NCBI GenBank assembly: GCA_002811645.1
Contig: PDIP01000047.1
Location: forward strand, 1 to 64,000
Length of the DNA: 64,000 nucleotides
From: Corallochytrium limacisporum Hawaii
Taxonomy: Eukaryota > Protista > Pluriformea
Reading direction: 5' to 3'
The translations under genes and the position numbers were made by a program. Below, piece after piece: positions 11,237 to 22,039 of this stretch; position 1 is the first letter of the stretch, and every line of letters begins with the position of its first letter. The notes beneath the pieces were generated by a model. That model had not been told where the DNA came from and did no database searches. It saw nothing but the letters and a program-made list of their open reading frames with translations.

Positions 11237-13459
11237 GGTTCTACGATTGTCGAACACTTGCTTGATCCCCAGTGTCTGTTCACATTTCGGGAGGTTTGGG
11301 TCTTCGAACAGCTACACGCCTGCCACGGTGTCCAATGACAACTTCCAGAATCTACACATTTGAAATAGATGATCATGAATGGCTTGCCCTCACATGAAAC
11401 TGTGCTCGCCGGGGCAGGCACAAGACACACACTGCTGCGAGCCGCGTTCGGACGCACAATCAGTATGAACCGGCCGGTTCATGTAAGTGCCAGTGACAAG
11501 TCCCCCCCCACGGTGCGAATAAACGCCCAATCCTCCCCTGGGATCAACACTGCGAGCATCGTGGCCCGGAGCATCCGCGACCCGTAAGCTGGCAGCTTCA
11601 CAGTAGTCGAGTCTAATGGATACAGAGGGGAGCTTAGAGTACATGCCGTACACCAGAAAGTCTCGCGTAAAGAGTAAGCCAGCAGTGCCTGAAGTGGCTA
11701 TGGACAGTTCCACTTTGACACGGTTGTCTTTGGACGGACAAACCAATCGCTCGCAATGCCTCCCGAACTGTCCCGGGGATACTCTCATGTCTGTCTGCTG
11801 CAGTACGTAACTTTCTTCCCCGCCTTAGCGACAGGAATACTTGTTTTCTCAAAATTACTTTCACTGTTACACTATACCTGCCGGGACGCGGACACTTTTT
11901 CTGTTAATATTTCCATTTGGATGGGGATCGGTGGCCGATACGAACACCACCAAAACCAACTCCTCCTTTCGACCCAAAGCTACCAGCCGCGCGCTCTCTC
12001 ACTGGGCGCCCTCAGCCTCATCGGACCCGGGCCGGACTCCACCGCTTATCTCCCTGGCTGCAAAATAAACGCTGCCAGAGCCCGGGTTACTTTGCCGCCT
12101 GCATTCCAGGCAGAAATTTCCCATAGTCTTACTATGCAATTTTCTTCTCTCCAGACCTCGGCCCACGAGCACTGTTTTAGGAATTGGGAATCCATAAAAA
12201 AAAAAGAGGTGGTTGAGAAAATAAACGGTGAGGGAGGAAAAGGGGGATGGCACTGGATTGGCCCGGCGATGTTCGCGACGCAAGAGTAAGGTAGTAGTAG
12301 TAGTAGTACTTGCAACCGTTCCTCGGCCAGGCAGCGCCTGTACAGAACAAACGCATTGCATGCGCGGCCGCCGTGTTTTGTCTTTGTCCCCTCTGCCTCA
12401 TGCAGGTTGTATGTTGTCGTATCGATTTGCATATCGAGCCGACATGGTGCTGGGGGCAAGGATTCCGGGCCGGAGATATCATTTGACTCACGGACTGTGT
12501 GTGTGCGCTCCTCTTTGTGTTTTTCGTTGATCGTCCACGGTCTTGGCTGTTCTGGTTCAGGGCCTGTTGAGATGGAGAGGTCCCGAGGATAGCCATCGCA
12601 AGTCTGTCCTCATTTCCGGCAGCTAATTGCTGATCACGCAAGGCGAGACACACACTGGCGCAGTGTGTTGTTGCGACAACACTGCGGCGAGTTTTTCTGC
12701 TTCGAATGGCCTGCTCGTATGTGGGGGGACGCTTTCGGTATTTCCTGACTGGCTTTTGGCGTTGGCTTTTTTGGCAGTTGTACCTCCCCTTCCCCGCCAC
12801 GCGCTTGTTCCCGCCGAATTCAGTACTGCCAGAACCGCGCCAACAATCGCACAGAAAAATCCCACAACGAAAGCGGCTTCGTACCCGTGGTTTCCAGGAT
12901 TTGCTGCTTGCTTAGACTTCTGCTCCCTTTCACTGCAAGGAAACAAGTTTGGTGTTTGTGGTCATGCTAGAGTCCCGGGCGGAGCGGATCCGCGCGATGC
13001 TCAAAATTATCTAATATAGAATATCTACCACGTCTTGCACCCGGAAATTATCAGGACCCTTACCCCCGCCCTGCCGTGTACCGGGTCCTCCCGAAAACAT
13101 CCCCCCGCCCAAAGGGGGGCCAGGGGGGGGGTTTGCGCCGTGAGTGGGTACGGACGGAACTATGCAACACCGCGCGTTGACATCACAGACACAAATCGAC
13201 CGAAACTGATTTCGAAACGGGAAGGGTGTGAAGAGTCGAATACGAACTTTCGTTTCAGCTCGAAACGAGCACCAGACATATAGCAGATGGGGTGTGACTT
13301 TCTCTTCGATGACGCAGTAGTGTGCTTCAAATTTGGACAGGTCATATGCAGGTACTTCCAAAAGCGACCTTGCACGAAAACGAAATCAAAAAATTAGCGT
13401 TACGGTTTCGGTTCGGAATCTAATCGGTTCGTGTTTAGAGTCTCGTGAAGAAGAGAACC

Positions 13460-14746
13460 ATGGGTCAGATTCACACTGTGGGACCAAATGAGTCTCTGGT
13501 CGTTTCTGGTGGATGCTGCACTGGACGTACGACTCGCTTCGTAAGCGGCGGTTGGGCGTTTGCAGCATGGTGTGTTACCAATGTAGAGCGTTTAAGTCTA
13601 GAGGTCATGACCCTACATCCCCGCTGCGAGGAAGTTGAAACTGCACAGGGTGTTGCTCTGACAGTCACTGCAGTAGCTCAGGTCAAGTTCCTTACCGATC
13701 CTAAGCTTTTGCAGAGCGCCGCAGAACAGTTTCTTGGGAAGACTGTAACTGAGATTGAAGACGTCGCCAACCAGACCCTAGAGGGCCATTTGCGTGCCAT
13801 TCTGGGTACGATGGGGGTGGAAGAAGTGTATCAGGACCGAGAAAAATTTGGTAGCCTTGTTATGGAAGTGGCTGCTCCTGATGTGGGCAAGATGGGACTT
13901 GAAATTCTTAGCTTCAACATCTCTGACATTTTCGACAACCTGAACTACCTCGACAGCCTGGGTGTCAAGCGCATCCAGGAAGTTAAGAGAGACGCTGACA
14001 TTGGCGTGGCCGAAAGCGACCGTGATGCCGCCATAAAGGAACAGGAAGCCCTTCGTGAGCGTGAGTTTGTGCAGTACGACACGTCGACAAACGTTGCGGA
14101 GGCTAACAGAAACTACCAGCTCAAGCAGAGCGCATACGACGAAGAAGTCAACACAAAGAAGGCAGATGCCGACATGGCATATGACCTCCAAGCTGCTCGT
14201 ATGAACCAACGGATTCGTGACGAGGAAATTGAGGTCGAGGTCGTGCAGCGCCGTAAGGCCATTGAGGTCGAAGTCCAGGAAATTCTGCGCAAGGAGCGTG
14301 AGCTGGAGGCCAACATCCGAAAGCCTGCCGATGCCGAGACAGTACGGATCGAGTCCCTGGCTGAGGGTAACCGAAACAAGGAGGTCACTGAGGCCACTGC
14401 TGCCGCGGAGGCCATTCGCCTTCAGGGCGCTGCCCGGGGTGAGGCCCTCAAGGTCGTTGGTGAAGCTGAAGCTGAGCGCATGCGGGCTACGGCCGAATCC
14501 TACAGCCGCTATGGTGACGCTGCCCTCACCGATATGATGTTGACAGTTATGCCCAAGCTGGCAGCCGAAATTGCTGCTCCTCTAGGCCGTGTCGATGACG
14601 TCGTGGTCATTGGCAGCGGAGATGGCCAGAGCTCAAAGATGGCCCGCGAAGTTACCAACCTGGTGGGTACCATCCCACCTGCCGTGCAGGCTCTAACCGG
14701 TGTTGACATTTTGAAGGCCCTCACCACTGTTAATGGTCGCCCATAG
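13460..14746 (+). CDS. FLOT2: flotillin-2-like protein
   Basis: MGQIHTVGPNESLVVSGGCC, TLEGHLRAILGT, VAAPDVGKMGLEILSF, PKLAAEIAAPL, PPAVQALTGVD. Confidence 0.93.
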   Translation: MGQIHTVGPNESLVVSGGCCTGRTTRFVSGGWAFAAWCVTNVERLSLEVMTLHPRCEEVETAQGVALTVTAVAQVKFLTDPKLLQSAAEQFLGKTVTEIEDVANQTLEGHLRAILGTMGVEEVYQDREKFGSLVMEVAAPDVGKMGLEILSFNISDIFDNLNYLDSLGVKRIQEVKRDADIGVAESDRDAAIKEQEALREREFVQYDTSTNVAEANRNYQLKQSAYDEEVNTKKADADMAYDLQAARMNQRIRDEEIEVEVVQRRKAIEVEVQEILRKERELEANIRKPADAETVRIESLAEGNRNKEVTEATAAAEAIRLQGAARGEALKVVGEAEAERMRATAESYSRYGDAALTDMMLTVMPKLAAEIAAPLGRVDDVVVIGSGDGQSSKMAREVTNLVGTIPPAVQALTGVDILKALTTVNGRP

Positions 14747-14895
14747 AAAATCTACTAAAACAACCGTATGTTTCCTTCCATGTCCAAAGTTCATGCTCGT
14801 GTGCGTCCAAGGTATGAAGATAGTGTACAGAATGTATATTCTAATCATATGCTATTACAATTACAACAGCCTTGAAAAAGGTATGCAGAAGAGAT

Positions 14896-15423
14896 CTAGA
14901 CGTAGATTCCTTCATCATTTTCTGTTCCTTCGTTTCCTGATCCTTCCTGTGCTGCTGCTGACTCCGGCTCAGTGCGCGAGGTAGGCACATCTGTGTCCAT
15001 CGCTGAGGATGCACTAGGCCCAGCCGCCGGTGCAGTGTGTTCCGACGGAGGCTGGGACACTGATGAGGTACGTCCGAGAATGTCAGATACCATCTTCTTT
15101 CTGATCTCCATGTCCTTCATAATCTTTGCATTTTCTGCCACTGCTTCTTTAAATTCTGGGTCATTCGGATCAGCTTCCATAAGCTCTCTGTTGCTCCGCT
15201 CCAGATGCTGCAGTTGGTTCTTCAAGTGTGCGAATTCCTGCAGCAGCCATTCCCGTGACTGATGTGCAAGTTGTTCATTTGGAACATGATGTGGTTGAGC
15301 CTGCGATCCACATGTTGGCCGTGCATTCTTGAACGAAGTAAAAAAGATACCTGGGCCCAGCTGCACTTCCTGGCCGGGATGGGCGACAGCCTCGTCGACC
15401 TTTTCCTGCAGATTGTTGCTCAT
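14896..15423 (-). CDS. hypothetical coiled-coil protein
   Basis: 175-aa ATG ORF; LKNQLQHLERSNRELM...AVAEN core and EGIYV C-terminus resemble an uncharacterised family I recall from fungi. Confidence 0.75.
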   Translation of the reverse strand: MSNNLQEKVDEAVAHPGQEVQLGPGIFFTSFKNARPTCGSQAQPHHVPNEQLAHQSREWLLQEFAHLKNQLQHLERSNRELMEADPNDPEFKEAVAENAKIMKDMEIRKKMVSDILGRTSSVSQPPSEHTAPAAGPSASSAMDTDVPTSRTEPESAAAQEGSGNEGTENDEGIYV

Positions 15424-16045
15424 TCTGTCGAAGGTTTCTTCGCCTTTCTTCGGGATATGTTTTTGTTGTCAAATTGTTCATCGCAAAAGGGTTCTTTGTC
15501 ATACATACGTGCTTCCTCCCGTAAATCGTTCATCAACGTGAACACGCTATCAGCAGTGCCGAGGACACAACAAAAACCGAGTCGTGACCGCTGGAGACAT
15601 TCCCCAAGAATTTCAACCGCCCGCAGCCTCCGGGAGGTGTCTGAATGATCGGGACCAAAGAGGGTCTTCTCAGCGGTGGGGGGAACCTTGGGTATTGCGA
15701 GTAGTGAGCAGGGAGTCTGATAAAGTGACGGTGGCGATCTAAATCGTACACTGACCGACTGCAGTAGTAGAGTGCGTATCTCAGAACAAGACACCGCTTG
15801 ATCTCCTCGGGCTACAGCAGTCAGTGCAAAGGACTGCACAAAGCGGTATTGCTATTTAATACTTAGGTAATGTAATGCGGTTGACTGCAGGCTGAAAGTT
15901 ACGAGACAATCTTGGAGAGAGAAGCACTGGTTGGCATTCATGGTTAAGTGAGAAAGAAGAATTCTTGCAAGGGTCCTAGAGCTTCCGGATCCCTTACCAT
16001 ACACATTCAAGCAGCTCAAGAACATAGCAGAGGGTGCTGCACGAG

Positions 16046-16648
16046 ATGGGAAACCTTGAACTCGACGCTGGTAAGCCCCTGCCTAGCCACCATAGAGAGC
16101 TCTTCAAATGTGCCATCATTGAGGCATGCCATGCTGAGCCCTCGGATTCAGCCTACTGTGTAGGTTGTGTTATTACCAGCCCAGATGGTACCATCTTGGC
16201 AACAGGGTTCTCGCGGGAATTGCCTGGAAACACACATGCAGAAGAGGTCGCACTCTCAAGATGTAACCCCAAGGATCTAGAAGGTTGCACAATTATCACT
16301 ACCATGGAGCCCTGCTCCCTTCGCCTTAGCGGAAAGACGCCTTGTGTGGAGCGCATTCTTGCCACTAGTGCACGACAGGTTATTGTCGGCGTTCGTGAAC
16401 CGAGCCACTTTGTTGAAGACTGTGATGGCTGCGAACAATTGCGTAACGCGGGTATTGACGTCTACGAGATGAACCGCGAACTGGACGGCGACTTGTACAA
16501 GATGTGCCAACGTCTAAACAACCATCTCACCGACTCCCCGGTGTCACCAACCCCAGAAGAGAATTCCTTCGAGGGAACGTCCTCCAGAGAACGTATCATG
16601 AATATGTTACGGAATTCTTCAGCCCTCTGCGGTAAGAAGAGCAACTGA
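16046..16648 (+). CDS. CMP/dCMP-type Zn deaminase, RIB2/RibD-like (riboflavin pathway pyrimidine deaminase)
   Basis: GFSRELPGNTHAEE and TMEPCSLRLSGKTPC (HAE...PC..C Zn motif with the fungal Rib2-type spacing). Confidence 0.85.
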   Translation: MGNLELDAGKPLPSHHRELFKCAIIEACHAEPSDSAYCVGCVITSPDGTILATGFSRELPGNTHAEEVALSRCNPKDLEGCTIITTMEPCSLRLSGKTPCVERILATSARQVIVGVREPSHFVEDCDGCEQLRNAGIDVYEMNRELDGDLYKMCQRLNNHLTDSPVSPTPEENSFEGTSSRERIMNMLRNSSALCGKKSN

Positions 16649-16753
16649 AAGCAGGCCTCAAGTCCTTGAAGGAAATCCTATCAAATGCTTTGCACAATTA
16701 CCTTGACAACTCTTATAGTGTTACAATATATTCACCATGATTATTTGGCTTGA

Positions 16754-19700
16754 CTAGTAGTTTGTTCCATTCGCATTCTCCTTCAAAGGTGCTTTGCCCT
16801 TGCCCTTGTTCTTGGACGCCGGCATCTTGGCCTTGTCGGGCTGTTTGCCCTTGCCATGGTGCCCGTGGCCATTGCCATTGGGATGCTCTGATCCATTTGC
16901 GGGGACATGATGGTAGTTCCCATTGGTGCTGCCATTGACTGGCCCAGGACCGTTTCCAGTGGATGCTGGTGGGTGAACACCCTTTGGCACAGTGTCCAGG
17001 GGTGGTTTCTTGTGCTCGCCCTTGCCTTTCTTGTCTTCCTCAACAATTTTGGGCAGTGCGGTCTCGTTCTGCTTCTTCGGCTTACTTGACTGTTGCTGCT
17101 GCTGGTCCGTGCGCAAGAACTGCTTCTGCAAGTCACGGTAGCGCTGCATGTCCGCCTCGCTCACACTCGGTTTGATGTTAGCAACGGCGTACTCCAAGTC
17201 CTCTTGGCGTAAGATTATCTTTGGTTGCTTCGGTGCCTTGTCCTCCGGACCACCACTTTCGGCATACTTTGCCTTTGCGGCTTCAAACTCAGTGATCGTA
17301 CGACGCAGGGCCTGCATCATGGCACTGCTGCAGAGGGCATAGTAGTCGGCGCCAGTGAGACCCTTGGGACACCGGCGTACAATGGACAGAAGGTCGACGT
17401 CCACATCAACGTTCAGCTTCCGGGTTTGAGCCTCGACAATCTTTAGTGCGGCACGTTCATCCTCGCTGACGCCCAAGTACAGCAGACGATCAAAACGGCC
17501 TGGACGAAGCAGAGCGGGATCGATCAGATCTGGTCGATTGGTAGCACCAATTACAAACACTTTTTCGCCGGAGTCCATACCGTCGATTTCCGCCAGCAGC
17601 TGGGACACGATACGATCCATTACACCGCCAGAATCGCCGCTCTTGCCACGGGCCGGAGCCAGTGAGTCCAACTCATCGAAGAAAATGACACAAGGGGCAG
17701 CGTTCCTACCACGCTCAAAGATTTGTCGAATGTTCTTCTCAGACTGTCCAATGTACATGTTGATCAGCTCAGGACCCTTGACACTTAGGAAGTTTAGATT
17801 GCATTCCGTAGCCACAGCCTTTGCCACCAGTGTCTTACCAGTACCGGGGGGTCCGTAGAGCAAGACACCACTGCGACTAAGACCACCGGCAAAGAGCTCG
17901 GGCCTCTGCAATGGCAACTCAACCAAGTCCAGAATTTCTTCCTTGACCTTTTCCATGCCGCCAATGTCTTCCCAGAACACGTTCGGCTTCTTGAGCACAC
18001 CAATGCTCTCCTTCTTGGAACCCTTCCATCGGTCTACACCATAGTCGACATCTTCGGAGGTCAGGCAAAGACCTGGTCCTGTGAGGAAATGACCAAACTG
18101 CCGGCCAATCGCTGCGGAAGCAATCTCATCGTCACTACTGTACTCGGCCATGAGCGCGTCCGCAGCGTGGCGGAAGGCATGCTCCACTACCATGGTCAGC
18201 TCCAGGGGCAAAATGCCCACGGTCAGCTCGGCAAGTTTCCGGATGGTAAGCTCTTGGCTGAGCTGGAGATTCACAGGATGACGGTCAAGCAGCTTGCGGA
18301 GCATAACTTCCCGTTCTTCAAGCTTTGGTGGTTTCAATTCAATCTCATGACTGAAAAGAGCCCGGCAGTCGATTGAAAGATCTTCCACATCACGAACTGT
18401 GGCAATTACAGTCATGGGGTGTTCGCTCTTGTGATCCATCAGGCGACGAAGCGTGGAGGCAACATGAACAGCTGCACGGTCCCCACTACCAGACGGATCA
18501 TCTCCAGCAGGTGCCAACACATCAACGTTGCGCATGAAGAAGACTACAGGAGCACAGCGACGAGCAGCTGCGAACTGGCTCTCCAAAACCTCGTCCAATC
18601 CGGCCCCACTCAGACCCGAAAAGGCGGAGCAATTGATCTCTAAGAAATCCACGCCGTTGGCAGCAGCTGCAGCACTCGCAATTGCTCGTTTCCCTGAGCT
18701 CATTGGTCCGATGAGAATAGCCGAGACCGAATTTGCACGACTACCTGAAAAAGAGTGAGCGTGGAAGTTCATACCAATGACCTTCTCTAGCTGAATCATG
18801 TTGTGGAAGGGAATGCTTTCCGAATGGTCATGCATATCCAAGGGGCCAGAAGATTTCTCGCCATCACGTTGCGCAAGCACTTCTGAAATCAGCTTGAGAT
18901 GAGCATCTTTGGCAACCTTTCTGTACACCGAGTGAAGCGGTAGTAGGAAGTCACCCAACGGCTCATAAAGCTCCAATGGGAGCCGTTTTGGCTGTGAGAT
19001 GCCCTCCTGCACAATTCGTGTAGTGTCAGCCCTGACCAACAAAAACCCGTCAGTGGCATCTGAAGAACCACTGATTTCATTCACAGTGAACCAGACCAAA
19101 TCTGGTGTCACAGTTGCAGTCCGTGGATCCTTCGTGAAATCAATCATCGTTTGTCCGTCCCCAGATGATCCCACTAGTGGAATGGCAATCACATCTCCTT
19201 TCTTTAGCAATCTTGTTGCAGATGCAAAGTACTGCCGCAAGGCAGTCGAAATTCCACTGGCCCGAAGGTATGTTGAAGTAACCACTTGACGAAGCACAAG
19301 TCTGTCAGCCACTGCAACGGGAGATCCCCCGTTTCGGGATGCATTCAAAGCATGGAGTTTCCCGGTCCAGCTCAGTGGCTCGCTTGGTCTAGAAATCTGC
19401 TGTAAGACATCCCGAGACACAACGGCGGACGTGTCATTCATTGGCGCATCCCAAACACGAACTTGGACAAGCCGTTTAACATGACGCTTCTCATCCATCG
19501 GCGCTCCTAGATGAAGGTAGGCGTAGCCTCCTGTTACCAAATCGTTGGCAGCCATGGCACGCCATCCAAGCCAGATTGTTCCCGTAGTAATAGTGGAAAT
19601 TGTGGCGTACCCTTCCTCATATAGTGGGGCTGGCATAATATGGTACTCCGCGTGTGCACCTCCCGGCTCGTCACATGCGGATCCACTCTTCGATGAACTG

Positions 19701-20554
19701 TTGGAATTTGGAGAGATCTGGTCGTTGCCAGAGCTCCCTTTTCTCTTCAGATACCGTGACCCTTGTCCACGAAGACTAGGTGGACGCAAATTCTGCAACA
19801 AAAAGGTAGACTCTCCGTGATCCCCGTAGTAGTGGTCTTCGAGCGAGTTGGATTTGGCAAGGGTTCCCGCTTCGGACATTGGTTTCATATTCAGCTTTCG
19901 AAATGCTCCCAGTAACAGCGGTTGTGTAGGCAGCTCAACAGTCCGCTCTACCGGTGCATTTGTCGCCTTGTGACCATCAGTGTTTTGGTTGGAGGGCTTT
20001 ACCGACGGCAGTACAACAAACTCTGTACCATCTGAGTCCACCACTGCTTGCGTGCAAGGATGCGTTTCCAATACTTTCACTTTCCCCGGCATACTTGGGG
20101 CCTGTAGAATTTCTCCAGTGCGAGCTATGGAATCTCCAGCACTGAAAAGATCATACAAGTCTTGCGACTGCTCTGAGAGAGCCTTGTACGAGTCGTGGTC
20201 TTGGGCCTCCAAAACAACGACGGTAGCTACTGGCAGAGTGTGCAACGCTGCCATGCTTAGCACATCGCCCCGCTGGAAACCATGGCGCTCCGCAAAATTT
20301 GCAGATAAACTGCAGATTCCCTTTGTACAACTAGAACTATTTGACTTTGCAGTGACCACTAATCTATGTTGAGGTCCCTTTAACGGCCGCAAGAGCACTG
20401 GCCCGACATGAGGCCGCCAACAGGTCAGACTGACATATGCCGGCTCAGTCCCCGCTAACTTACCAAAGACCGCTTTGTAGTCGGTCTCTGATAAGTGTAA
20501 AACGGTTCGATCTGGGTCATCGTTGTCGATGACCAAGGAGAACGAACCTGGCAT
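16754..20554 (-). CDS. PEX6: peroxisomal AAA+ ATPase peroxin 6
   Basis: degenerate D1 (GPMSSGK) and canonical D2 GPPGTGKT, SVKGPELINMYIGQSE, RGKSGDSGGVMDRIVSQLLAEIDG. Confidence 0.95.
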   Translation of the reverse strand: MPGSFSLVIDNDDPDRTVLHLSETDYKAVFGKLAGTEPAYVSLTCWRPHVGPVLLRPLKGPQHRLVVTAKSNSSSCTKGICSLSANFAERHGFQRGDVLSMAALHTLPVATVVVLEAQDHDSYKALSEQSQDLYDLFSAGDSIARTGEILQAPSMPGKVKVLETHPCTQAVVDSDGTEFVVLPSVKPSNQNTDGHKATNAPVERTVELPTQPLLLGAFRKLNMKPMSEAGTLAKSNSLEDHYYGDHGESTFLLQNLRPPSLRGQGSRYLKRKGSSGNDQISPNSNSSSKSGSACDEPGGAHAEYHIMPAPLYEEGYATISTITTGTIWLGWRAMAANDLVTGGYAYLHLGAPMDEKRHVKRLVQVRVWDAPMNDTSAVVSRDVLQQISRPSEPLSWTGKLHALNASRNGGSPVAVADRLVLRQVVTSTYLRASGISTALRQYFASATRLLKKGDVIAIPLVGSSGDGQTMIDFTKDPRTATVTPDLVWFTVNEISGSSDATDGFLLVRADTTRIVQEGISQPKRLPLELYEPLGDFLLPLHSVYRKVAKDAHLKLISEVLAQRDGEKSSGPLDMHDHSESIPFHNMIQLEKVIGMNFHAHSFSGSRANSVSAILIGPMSSGKRAIASAAAAANGVDFLEINCSAFSGLSGAGLDEVLESQFAAARRCAPVVFFMRNVDVLAPAGDDPSGSGDRAAVHVASTLRRLMDHKSEHPMTVIATVRDVEDLSIDCRALFSHEIELKPPKLEEREVMLRKLLDRHPVNLQLSQELTIRKLAELTVGILPLELTMVVEHAFRHAADALMAEYSSDDEIASAAIGRQFGHFLTGPGLCLTSEDVDYGVDRWKGSKKESIGVLKKPNVFWEDIGGMEKVKEEILDLVELPLQRPELFAGGLSRSGVLLYGPPGTGKTLVAKAVATECNLNFLSVKGPELINMYIGQSEKNIRQIFERGRNAAPCVIFFDELDSLAPARGKSGDSGGVMDRIVSQLLAEIDGMDSGEKVFVIGATNRPDLIDPALLRPGRFDRLLYLGVSEDERAALKIVEAQTRKLNVDVDVDLLSIVRRCPKGLTGADYYALCSSAMMQALRRTITEFEAAKAKYAESGGPEDKAPKQPKIILRQEDLEYAVANIKPSVSEADMQRYRDLQKQFLRTDQQQQQSSKPKKQNETALPKIVEEDKKGKGEHKKPPLDTVPKGVHPPASTGNGPGPVNGSTNGNYHHVPANGSEHPNGNGHGHHGKGKQPDKAKMPASKNKGKGKAPLKENANGTNY

Positions 20555-22039
20555 GGCCACGTCTAAGTGCCACCAATTTAGCTTCTATCTATTCTTCCTT
20601 TCTCAAAGAGAACATGGTTTATTTCTATGTCACGCAAATAAAATACCGTGTGTTTTGTCTCTGGTCATACCTCGAAAAACAATACGCACCGATCCAGTAG
20701 CCATGCAAGGCTCCGCTGAAATACCTCAAGTCGGTGGAAGGATCCTACGCGTCTGCACTCACGTAGCGGAGGAAAATGGAGTGGGCGGCGAGAACCCCCA
20801 CCCCCCGGGGGCTCCCTCACTCCGTTGTTCGGGCGCTCCCTGCCACTCTTCTACTTCTCCCTTGCAGTCCCAACTGGGGCCTCCACAAAGGCTTATTATT
20901 GCCCACACCACCCTTCTTCCGCAGGCTCATTTTCGGGATAGCATACTGCGGCTGGGCCCCTTTGCGACGAGGAGGAGGAAGGAAGAAGGCGAGGGGTTGT
21001 TGCGCATGGAGACACGCCCCAGACCTACCCAAAAAATTGATATTATGATGCGGACAAAACTTTGTCCACTATTTTAGTATATATTTTGCGTTATTATGAT
21101 TTGAATGAGGAGTCATTCTACCAGACCTTTTCCAACCGGTGTCGACTCCCCGTCGATCTGCGCAACCGATGCAACTGGGAGTCTCCCCCGGGGGGGGGGC
21201 AGGCAGGGCAGCGAGCCGTCAGTAGCGAATTAGAACTGGGACCGCTGTTGCTAAAAATATCTTCCCCTCCTTCGCCCCGGTTTCCTCTCTTCCCCCCCCC
21301 CCCGGGGGGGTCCCCGGGGCCTCGGGCCGTACTTCTTTTTTTTCTTTTCTTTTCAGCTTCCCACTCCAGCTCGGCTCGGACCCTTGAGAAGGGGGCGGGG
21401 TATATAATTTGGGTCCTGGTAGGCATCATTCCCTTCCCCTCTCCCCTCTCCACCTCTCGCCGAGAGGAATTTGATATACCTACTCCAAGGCGCCCAAAAT
21501 ATACGTTACCCAGGACGAGGTTTGAAAGCGAGAATGAGCCAATATAAATGTAAGGAACCGTGATATACTGAGTGGCCTACATTTACTATGCGCAACGGTG
21601 ACGGTAAGGCCGGACGAGCGCGACAGTTTCTGCGTAATTCGTCGGACTAGTTTCACCCCACCCTTCCTTCCACACACACTCTCTCTCACTGGTCGATGTG
21701 TTCGCTGTGATTTGTTCAACCAGAACCGTCAGCACCTGTGCAAAGTAGGAACCATGCAATAAATCACTTAGGTAGGAGGGCCGGAAGAGCGGTGGTCCGT
21801 GCACCGATGCGTGGACGGGAAGTCACTCTGTTGCAATGGGACAACTGCAAGAGCTTGTATACACCGTCAAGGTAGATCAAAGGCCAGAGTCCGCACCTGG
21901 TGGTCTCAGTTTCTGCTGAAGTGGATTGAAACTTGATAAGTGTGAGTTGTTGAGCTAGAAAGCAGATACTTTACTTGCAAACAGTATGTATCCTTGATCG
22001 ACAGTTTCTTTGAGTAGATCGGATCAAGTAGAATCAATA

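Noticed and set aside
11390-11788. ORF containing DAPGH (translational GTPase G3-like)
   Set aside because: No P-loop or NKxD; region is better explained as a structured flotillin leader
15420-15839. 139-aa minus ORF abutting the 14896-15423 gene
   Set aside because: No ATG at the start and no recognisable motifs; probably leader sequence
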